Positions 8,302 to 15,632 of a stretch of DNA of 64,000 bases are shown in pieces. This DNA is from Candidatus Zhuqueibacterota bacterium (GTDB lineage Bacteria; Zhuqueibacterota; Zhuqueibacteria; Thermofontimicrobiales; Thermofontimicrobiaceae), in contig JADHVV010000002.1 of NCBI GenBank assembly GCA_016783825.1, positions 3,259 through 67,258 of the forward strand, written 5' to 3'. The notes under the pieces were generated by a model. The model ran no database searches and was not told the DNA's origin. It saw only the letters and a program-made list of their open reading frames with translations. Made by a program: the position numbers and the translations under genes. The stretch's first letter is position 1. Each line of letters opens with the position of its first letter.

Positions 8302-11300
8302 TTAACCCGCTATCAATTCCAACAATTCCTTGCTGGAAATTTTACCGCTCAGATCACTGCCCTGTAATAAACTATCCGCCAAATCCCGTTTTTGGTTATG
8401 CATTTCCACAATTTTTTCTTCAATCGTATCCTTTGCCACCAAACGGTAAATCGTAACAGGACGTTGTTGACCAATTCGATGCGCGCGATCCGAAGCCTGG
8501 TCTTCCACTGCCGGATTCCACCAGGGGTCCATGTGAATCACATAATCTGCAGCTGTCAGGTTCAAGCCCAATCCTCCGGCTTTTAAGCTGATAAGGAAAA
8601 CATCGCCTTTACCAGCCTGGAAAGAATCTACAGCAATTTTACGTTGTTTGACCGGGGTGCTGCCATCTAAATATTGATAATGAATATTTTGTTCGTCAAG
8701 GTAAGCGCGTATTAAACTAATCGGTATGGCAAAGTTTTTGTTGAAACTTTCCAGGGAACTCAGCAGCCCCGGGTTGATAAATCGAAATAAGTTCCACAAT
8801 TCTCCCAAGTGATTTTCAATCGGGGTTCCGGTAGTGAGCAATTTGAATTTTGCCCCTAATTTCATCGCGGCTTGTGAACGCTTGGTGAAAAAATTCTTTA
8901 TTGCCTGGGCTTCATCCAATACGACCATTTGCCAGGGGACAGGTGCCAGCATCTCACTTACCTGACTTTGTTGCAATAAACCATAACTGCATAATATGAC
9001 ATCAAATTTACCCGCTTCATCCAGAATTTTTTCCCGATTGTTGCCGCCGAACTGAACCACATTCAGCGTCGGGGCGAAACGGTTGGCTTCCGCTACCCAA
9101 TTAAAACAAACAGAAGTTGGCGCAACTACCAAACTGGGGCCATCCGGGGCATGTTTTAACAGCATTGCCAGTGCTTGTATGGTTTTGCCTAATCCCATAT
9201 CGTCGGCTAAACAAGCTCCCACACCCCAATGAGACAGGCTGGCTAACCATGAAAAACCCTGTACTTGATAATCCCGCAATTCGGCTTGAAAAGTGGAGGG
9301 CAACTGTGGTGTAAAGTCCTGCGCGCTTTGCAGATTATTAATATGAGATTTCCAGGCGATATCGGTTTTTAATTGACCGACACCATTTGTCAGACCTTCC
9401 AATGCCAAAGCTGCCAGCGGATGGAACCGTATGCCCACCCCATGTTTTTCAGAATAACGGTTTAGCTCTTGCAGGCGTTTGCGAAATTCATTGGTCAAAG
9501 CGATAAACTGACCGTCTTTCAATTCTATGAAACGGCTTTGACTTTTTTCCGTGAGCGCCAATAACTGCTGCATGTCAACAACTAACTGTTCATCAATTTG
9601 TAAATTGCCTGTAACGGCAAACCAATCTTGTTGTTGTTTAATGCTCAAATGAAACTGGTCTAACGACGCATGACCGACCAGTTTGAATTTTTCACCTTCG
9701 GGCCATTCCAGCACAATTTGTTGGCGCAGTTCATCCAATTCCAATAAAACTTCCAGACAATCTCCGATATCGTCCAACAACCATTCTCCATGATTTTCTT
9801 CGTAATGCTGCAAAGTCGGACAGTTGTCGATCAATTCTGACATTTTTTGTTTTTCCTGGGCCAGATCACGCATGGTTTTTAAATGTTTGCCATTGATCTC
9901 AGCAATTACATTCCTGCCGCCGCTGCCCGGTGAATAATAAGCGCCGCCCAAACCAAAAGGACGCACAAATACCGAAATTTTTAAACCATAGCCAAACGGT
10001 ATCAAATGCACATAATTTTGGGTGTCTGACTCGACTTCAGTAAATTGGTCGCTTTTTCCTTCAACATCCGAATGGATTGTGATATCAGAAGCAAATTTTT
10101 CAACAATTTGGTTGACTTTATTTTTTGCCGAAGCCGGAACGCTGATCCCTTTTCCCAGTATCTTGGCAATGCGCAGATACTCTTCATCGATGCTTACAAT
10201 TTTTATTCGCGTCTTTGTTTCTTTGACTGCCTGGTAATTTCCCTCATAATTTGCTGGTTTCGGGAAAAGCTCCAAAAAAATCTCGCCATCCTTTTGTTTC
10301 GTAATCCGCAATTCCGGCTTACCTTTAACCAGTTCAACCCGGCTTACCCCATCCGGCATAAAAATGAACGGATGTCCGATCACTGCAAACAAATATTTGT
10401 CATCGAAGAGATATTCATAATTTGTGTACCAACCATCTTTATATTCATTGCAATATATATGGCTGCAAATTTGTTTATCTTGCCGGCTTAAATAGCGGAT
10501 GGTTTTCAATTCTTCGTGCAAACGTTTCATTGCAATTGGGCGTCCTTTTGTCCAATTGCCATCCGGTTTTCGTTTTTGCTCCCGGGGACTGACATGGCAA
10601 TAACCACTTTCTTCGTAATCAAGAAACCAGACCAAACGAAAATCTTTGTTTACCGTTTCTGATTTTTTTTTGCTTTTATCTTTTATCGCTAACAAAGCAT
10701 TTAATGTATGCTCCCAAATGTTGGTTTGTTTTACGATGTCGATTAAATACTTTGATTGAGGTTTATAAGTTGTCTTTTTTCCATTGCCGGACAATTTATT
10801 GATCAAACCAGCCAATTCATGCTTGAACCATGGATAAATATTTATTTCTGCCGATTTGTATATTTCCTTGATCTCATCTAAATTTTCTTTTGCTTTATCT
10901 TTATCAATCCAATAGTAGGTAAAAATTTTGAAAAACGATTCAGTTAAATTTGCTTTTTCCCAATAATAGGAACTGATATCAGTATGCCTAAATACATCGT
11001 TAGCTGCCTTAGAATTGCCGGTCAGAAATTCCAATGAATAATTTAATAAGCTGTAAATATCAGAATACAAATTATATCCTGTGCCGATGTCAGAAAGAAA
11101 GGTTCGCGCCTCATTTAGTCGCTGGTCGCTATTATCCTTCATTAACGCTAAAATAAAAAAACCACCCATAAAATTGTCGAAATAAACAATGCGTTGATTT
11201 GAATTCTTTTTCAGAATTTCATAAGCAGCCTTATAATATTGAATCGCCGCTTCATTTTCTCCCTGTAAAAAAGCCAGCCAGCCCTGCAAGCATAAACTGT

Positions 11301-12090
11301 TCTCCGTAATATCGGTTTGATGTTTTTTTAGCCAATTTTCTATTTTCTGACTTTCTCCGCTTAACAGCCATTTTTCCAAAACGCTCGATAGTAAACCGCC
11401 CGAACATCTATCCGAATCTGATAATACCAATTGCTCGACATAATCGTAGTGTTCAGCTTTGTTTTTCCAATAGCGCAAGTCATTTACCAATGACTGTCTG
11501 AACAGGTCAGTATGAATATCCGCGGGTAATAGTTTAACCCAGTTTGGATCAAACGGATTACAACTGATTTTACCCAAAATATCGGATAAAGAATTGCCGT
11601 AGTCTATTTTGCTTTTATATTTGTGATAGAGGCTTTTTATTTGATCCATTTTATTTTGATAAAATAAAATACGAATAGCGGCGACTATATGATGATGTTC
11701 AAGATACGAATACATGTCCAGTGTATCTTCGGTCAAATTGAGGACAGTTTGAATCGTTTGCAGATAATGGATAGACTTTTTCTCCGTGATTATCTGACGC
11801 ATGATGGTTTCCACAATTCGACGATCAACGAGGAGATAACTGCGACTTTTGCCTTCCAATAAATGCTGTGCCAATAAAGAATCCAGCGCCGGACGCAGCA
11901 GCTTGAAACCCTCATTCTTTGTTACCGAATCGAATCCTTGACCATTGGCTGCTCTAATATCTGTCTTTATCAAACATTCTTTTAACTGGGTTTGATTTAA
12001 TGGAAAATATGCAATGGAGAGAATTTGCATAATGCTTTTTTCCAATGCGGGCTGTTTTTCATAACTTGAGATTGACTTATTGACGATCAT
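8302..12090 (-). CDS. SNF2-family helicase (1262 aa) with a long helical-repeat N-terminal region; helicase motif-IV segment apparently missing
   Basis: Motifs present: LRDYQVQGFSWL, DDMGLGKTIQ (motif I), VVLDEAQAIKN (II), LLTGTPIENHLGELWNLF (III), FLISLKAGGLGLNLTAADYVIHMDPWWNPAVEDQASDRAHRIGQ (V/VI). NFAIPI is followed directly by SLIRAYLDEQNIHYQYLDGST (junction near nt 8718/8719). Confidence 0.85.
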   Translation of the reverse strand: MIVNKSISSYEKQPALEKSIMQILSIAYFPLNQTQLKECLIKTDIRAANGQGFDSVTKNEGFKLLRPALDSLLAQHLLEGKSRSYLLVDRRIVETIMRQIITEKKSIHYLQTIQTVLNLTEDTLDMYSYLEHHHIVAAIRILFYQNKMDQIKSLYHKYKSKIDYGNSLSDILGKISCNPFDPNWVKLLPADIHTDLFRQSLVNDLRYWKNKAEHYDYVEQLVLSDSDRCSGGLLSSVLEKWLLSGESQKIENWLKKHQTDITENSLCLQGWLAFLQGENEAAIQYYKAAYEILKKNSNQRIVYFDNFMGGFFILALMKDNSDQRLNEARTFLSDIGTGYNLYSDIYSLLNYSLEFLTGNSKAANDVFRHTDISSYYWEKANLTESFFKIFTYYWIDKDKAKENLDEIKEIYKSAEINIYPWFKHELAGLINKLSGNGKKTTYKPQSKYLIDIVKQTNIWEHTLNALLAIKDKSKKKSETVNKDFRLVWFLDYEESGYCHVSPREQKRKPDGNWTKGRPIAMKRLHEELKTIRYLSRQDKQICSHIYCNEYKDGWYTNYEYLFDDKYLFAVIGHPFIFMPDGVSRVELVKGKPELRITKQKDGEIFLELFPKPANYEGNYQAVKETKTRIKIVSIDEEYLRIAKILGKGISVPASAKNKVNQIVEKFASDITIHSDVEGKSDQFTEVESDTQNYVHLIPFGYGLKISVFVRPFGLGGAYYSPGSGGRNVIAEINGKHLKTMRDLAQEKQKMSELIDNCPTLQHYEENHGEWLLDDIGDCLEVLLELDELRQQIVLEWPEGEKFKLVGHASLDQFHLSIKQQQDWFAVTGNLQIDEQLVVDMQQLLALTEKSQSRFIELKDGQFIALTNEFRKRLQELNRYSEKHGVGIRFHPLAALALEGLTNGVGQLKTDIAWKSHINNLQSAQDFTPQLPSTFQAELRDYQVQGFSWLASLSHWGVGACLADDMGLGKTIQALAMLLKHAPDGPSLVVAPTSVCFNWVAEANRFAPTLNVVQFGGNNREKILDEAGKFDVILCSYGLLQQSQVSEMLAPVPWQMVVLDEAQAIKNFFTKRSQAAMKLGAKFKLLTTGTPIENHLGELWNLFRFINPGLLSSLESFNKNFAIPISLIRAYLDEQNIHYQYLDGSTPVKQRKIAVDSFQAGKGDVFLISLKAGGLGLNLTAADYVIHMDPWWNPAVEDQASDRAHRIGQQRPVTIYRLVAKDTIEEKIVEMHNQKRDLADSLLQGSDLSGKISSKELLELIAG

Positions 12091-12201
12091 ATTTTTTTCT
12101 GGGATTAATGATTTGAGGATTTCAATCGATTTAAACTTTATTGTTTAGCGGGGTGAATCTTTTACGCCAGTGATAAAACACAGTTCCGTGTAAGCAGTTA
12201 T

Positions 12202-12299
12202 AAGTCCCAGCTCACTAAAGTGCATTGGTAACCTTAAGAAACCTCCTCGGAGCTAGGCTTCGTACCTGAAGTCCCAGCTCACTAAAGTGCATTGGTAAC
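12202..12299. repeat. Two identical 31-bp direct repeats (aagtcccagctcactaaagtgcattggtaac) separated by a 36-bp spacer
   Basis: Copies at 12202-12232 and 12269-12299 are identical. They lie in a 420-bp ORF-free gap between the SNF2 gene and putP. That gap also carries a ~45-bp segment (12362-12406) shared with MITE copy B at 48990-49035. Confidence 0.7.
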
Positions 12300-12508
12300 T
12301 GGTGAATTGTTATTGGTGATTAGTCCCTTCCCATCCACCAAATTGCTGAATATTTCAAAACTTTTGCACAGTCTGTATTTCATTTAAAAATAATAAGGTA
12401 ACTGTTCAGGTTTTAATACTTTAGTGCAAAAAAAACGCCTGTATAGTTTTCCTTTTAAAATTATTAAACAGGAACTATGAAGACTTAACTGATAATACTA
12501 TAACTATC

Positions 12509-13939
12509 TTATGCTGAAATATTTATATTATTTGATTCATCAAATTTTTGCAGCGTTTTTTCACTTGGTTTGGTAGTTTTCAGGCTTACAATTACGATTG
12601 CCAAAAAAGCTAAAATGAAACCTGGCAATAGCTCGTAAAAATACTCACCTTCAATTTTGATATAGTTTTTCACGATAAAAATCGTGACTGCGCCTACGAT
12701 CATTCCGGCAAGCGCACCGTACTTAGTCGTGCCTCTCCAACATACCGAGAGAATTATCAAGGGCCCAAAAGCCGCTCCAAACCCTCCCCAGGCATATCCC
12801 ACCATCGCCAGGATCGTACCTCCACTGGCGTGTGCAATTAAAAAGGCGATTAATGCAAATCCCACAACGCCGAATCTGCTTATCCACGCTTTTTGTTTGT
12901 CGTCGAACTTTTTGAAGAAGGAAAGGTCTTCTGTTAATGATGAAGTTAAGACTAATAGCTGTGAATCGGCTGTTGACATAACCGCGGCTAATACTGCTGC
13001 CAGGATAAAGCCGGAGAAGACCGGATGAAACAAAGCAGTCGTTAGGGCAAGGAATATCCTTTCCTTGTTGCCATCCGGGCCCGCAACGCCAGTTAGAGGC
13101 GCTATTTCATTGTAACCGATCCCGATTAGGCCAATTGAAGTGGACAACACAAGACAGATAATCATCCATGTGATACCGATACGTCTTGCTCTTGGAACGT
13201 CCTCGACGCTCCTGATACCGATAAACCTGGCTAAAATGTGAGGCTGCCCAAAATAACCAAAGCCCCAAGCCATGAGTGACGCTCCTGTGATCAATGTCGT
13301 CGAAAAATTAAACGCCTTCGGATTTGTTGCCGTTATATCAACGCCTGATCCGGATATTGCCGCGTATGCCAGAATTGAACAGAAAACCAAAGCGCATAGC
13401 ATGAGAATACCCTGGATCAAGTCTGTCCAACAAACAGCCCTGTAGCCGCCCAAAAAGGTATAGGAGACCACCACTATCGTCGTAATTAATAGAGCCGTTT
13501 GTTCAGAGGAGCCAAAGCTGTGCGCAAAGAGCAGTGTGCCGCCTTTGAGACCGGAAGCGACATACAAGGTAAAAAAGAAAAGGATCACCACCGTTGATAC
13601 GATCTTAAGCATTCCTGCGGTGTCATCAAACCGATTGGACAAAAAAGTGGGTATGGTAACAGCATTTAGTTTTTTACTATATGCCCTGAGCCGCGGCGCC
13701 ACGATGTACCAATTTGCATAGGCGCCCAGGGTCAGTCCGAGTGATATCCAAACGCCATCAACCAGACCGGCGGCGAAAACGGCACCAGGCAACCCTAACA
13801 GCAGCCAGCTACTCATGTCAGATGCCCCGGCGCTGATAGCCGACGTCACGGGACCCAATGAGCGACCGCCAATAATAAAATCATGGTTGTTTTGGGTTTT
13901 TCTCATGGAGTAGTAACCAATACCCAGCATGAGCAACAA
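12509..13939 (-). CDS. putP: Sodium/proline symporter (SSF family)
   Basis: GGRSLGPVTSAISAGASDMSSWLLLGLPGAVF and the multi-TM profile match PutP. The listed TTG start gives a short TM1. The frame stays open and hydrophobic for 18 more codons upstream (to 13993) with no ATG, GTG or TTG. AGGAGA at 13977-13982 sits 7 nt before an ATA codon. Confidence 0.85.
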   Translation of the reverse strand: MLLMLGIGYYSMRKTQNNHDFIIGGRSLGPVTSAISAGASDMSSWLLLGLPGAVFAAGLVDGVWISLGLTLGAYANWYIVAPRLRAYSKKLNAVTIPTFLSNRFDDTAGMLKIVSTVVILFFFTLYVASGLKGGTLLFAHSFGSSEQTALLITTIVVVSYTFLGGYRAVCWTDLIQGILMLCALVFCSILAYAAISGSGVDITATNPKAFNFSTTLITGASLMAWGFGYFGQPHILARFIGIRSVEDVPRARRIGITWMIICLVLSTSIGLIGIGYNEIAPLTGVAGPDGNKERIFLALTTALFHPVFSGFILAAVLAAVMSTADSQLLVLTSSLTEDLSFFKKFDDKQKAWISRFGVVGFALIAFLIAHASGGTILAMVGYAWGGFGAAFGPLIILSVCWRGTTKYGALAGMIVGAVTIFIVKNYIKIEGEYFYELLPGFILAFLAIVIVSLKTTKPSEKTLQKFDESNNINISA

Positions 13940-13946
13940 ATAAAGA

Positions 13947-14330
13947 CTAAACTGAATTGCAATCCCTATAACGTATTCTCCTGTTTTGAGTTTTCAAAAA
14001 CAAAAACCAGCCGCTTGCCGGTTTATTAGTTGAAAGTGATTCTTTGATATGCCTTCGGATCCGGGAATACTCACCATACTCAGGCATATCACCTGCTTTA
14101 AATGATCTTACATCTTTGCCTACTGCCTCAATTTCCCCGGCTAACTCCCGCCCTATTATTTTTACTCTTGTTGGTCTTCTGAAACCCGCATATATTCGCA
14201 TGGGGAGACTCAACAAGAAAGGGAATTTTAAACTTCGCATTTCACAGTCCCCTGCTGTGACTGTTGTCGCAAATATCTTTATCAGAACTTCATTGTCCCT
14301 GGGAGTAGGCTTTTCTACCTCTTTGAGTTG
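13947..14330 (-). pseudogene. Remnant of a zinc-type/MDR alcohol dehydrogenase-quinone oxidoreductase gene
   Basis: Reads QLKEVEKPTPRDNEVLIKIFATTVTAGDCEMRSLKFPFLLSLPMRIYAGFRRPTRVKIIGRELAGEIEAVGKDVRSFKAGD, the N-terminal GroES-like fold of MDR enzymes, then degenerates and stops. It lacks its first ~15 codons and starts in frame right after the stop of the upstream deaminase gene. Confidence 0.6.
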
Positions 14331-14693
14331 TCATATTCTCTTATATTTCTTCGGTAATAATTCACTAATAGCGACAATTTCGTGCTTGTTGTTTTCTTTG
14401 ATTATCACCTTTGCCTCCGGGGAATAATCTGAGATCAACTCTCTACACATGCCGCACGGTGAAACGACTTCACCCTGCGAATTAACAGCAACAATAGTAT
14501 CAATTTCCGTATCACCTTCAGCCGCAGCCATGCCGATGGCGATCGCTTCTGCACAAATCGCTATGTGAACCGCAGAGAATTCATTGCCGGATTTCGTTCG
14601 CAAGGCTGCACCTACCTCATGAAATCCTTCCTTATAGCGTTTCCTGATTATTGAACCGGCTTTCGTTATGAGCTTTTCATCTGACTCTACCAA
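14331..14693 (-). CDS. Cytidine/blasticidin-S deaminase-like zinc deaminase (120 aa)
   Basis: CAE zinc/catalytic motif (AICAEAIAIG) and SPCGMCRELISDY (PCxxC). Size and C-terminal ELLPKKY resemble small tetrameric CDA/BSD enzymes. Confidence 0.75.
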   Translation of the reverse strand: MVESDEKLITKAGSIIRKRYKEGFHEVGAALRTKSGNEFSAVHIAICAEAIAIGMAAAEGDTEIDTIVAVNSQGEVVSPCGMCRELISDYSPEAKVIIKENNKHEIVAISELLPKKYKRI

Positions 14694-14986
14694 TTGTTTT
14701 TATCCTTTTCATTTAAAAGCTGTTTACAATGCCGGATTGTCAATATTGAAATACGTTCCGATTCAATTCGGTAAATGATTCGGTAATTACCTTCAAAAAT
14801 TTCCAGGATATCAACTCTTTTAATTTCCGGGACCTCACGCCCAATTCGCGGAAACCTTTTAAGTTTTCTTACAGATTTCTGAATTGTTTCTGTCCATTTT
14901 AAAGCAGCAAGAGGTTTATCAAGAGCAATATAATCAGCATATTCTTCAAGTTTTTCAATAGCTAATTCAGTCCAGGTTAATTTCAT
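14687..14986 (-). CDS. ParE/RelE-family type II toxin (99 aa)
   Basis: KRFPRIGREVPEI ... NYRIIYRIESERISILTIRH is the typical ParE pattern. 4-nt overlap with the upstream Phd/YefM gene. Confidence 0.8.
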   Translation of the reverse strand: MKLTWTELAIEKLEEYADYIALDKPLAALKWTETIQKSVRKLKRFPRIGREVPEIKRVDILEIFEGNYRIIYRIESERISILTIRHCKQLLNEKDKNNW

Positions 14987-15264
14987 TTTTTATACTTTGC
15001 AATTAATCGTTTTTTTACCTGGTTTTCAGTAAAATACTTACCTTCAGCTATTTGTCGTTCGGCTGCGTGTACTTCCTGTAACAGCTCAAGCTTATCAATT
15101 ATAGCCTGATATTCGGCAACGTCAACTAATACAGCGGAACTTTTACCGTGTTGGGTTAACACTAATGGTCTTTTTGTTTCTTTTATTTGCTTAACAATAT
15201 TAGCAGCATTTGCCCTAAACTCCGACAAAGGTTTAATATCATTTTCAAGATCAATTTGTCTCAT
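14983..15264 (-). CDS. Phd/YefM-family antitoxin (93 aa)
   Basis: SEFRANAANIVKQIKETKRPLVLTQHGKSSAVLVDVAEYQAI is the canonical Phd/YefM N-terminal fold sequence. A GTAC-N8-GTAC element at 15293-15308 lies in the presumed promoter. Confidence 0.85.
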   Translation of the reverse strand: MRQIDLENDIKPLSEFRANAANIVKQIKETKRPLVLTQHGKSSAVLVDVAEYQAIIDKLELLQEVHAAERQIAEGKYFTENQVKKRLIAKYKK

Positions 15265-15632
15265 AAACTCACCATATTTTGTATTTTATTAAGTACGTTT
15301 TAAAGTACATAATATTTATCAAAATAGCAATATAAAAAATTAGCTGATCCAATTTTAAATCTTTGATTATAAAATTAGTATATTTTCAATCAAACAGGAT
15401 TCCTCTGATTTCACCAGATTGTACAGAGCGTAAAGCATCAATATTATTGCGTAACGATTTCATTATTTAGTGATTATTTTTTTTAAAAGACTTCACTAAA
15501 AAAAATGGAGTGATGTAGCATTGGATTTTTGAAAATCCATTACTCCAACACTCCAATACTCCATTAAACCAATCATCGACGATGAAAATAAAACATCGAT
15601 AAAATCTAGTAAATAATAGCCTAATTTACCCT

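Noticed and set aside
9117-10491. Antisense or alternate-frame ORFs within the SNF2 gene, including a 148-aa one at 10045-10491.
   Set aside because: They lie entirely inside a gene with clear SNF2 motifs, and their translations are Phe/Ile/Cys-rich nonsense. Similar shadow ORFs in carB, addB-like, ftsA, ftsZ and ntpA/ntpB (e.g. 28189-28623, 47603-48034, 49161-49616, 49821-50255, 60637-61068, 61828-62556) were rejected for the same reason.
12202-12299. Possible CRISPR array (31-bp repeat, 36-bp spacer).
   Set aside because: Only two repeat units are present, there are no cas genes in the window, and the surrounding DNA is made of other dispersed repeats. It is kept as a generic direct repeat.
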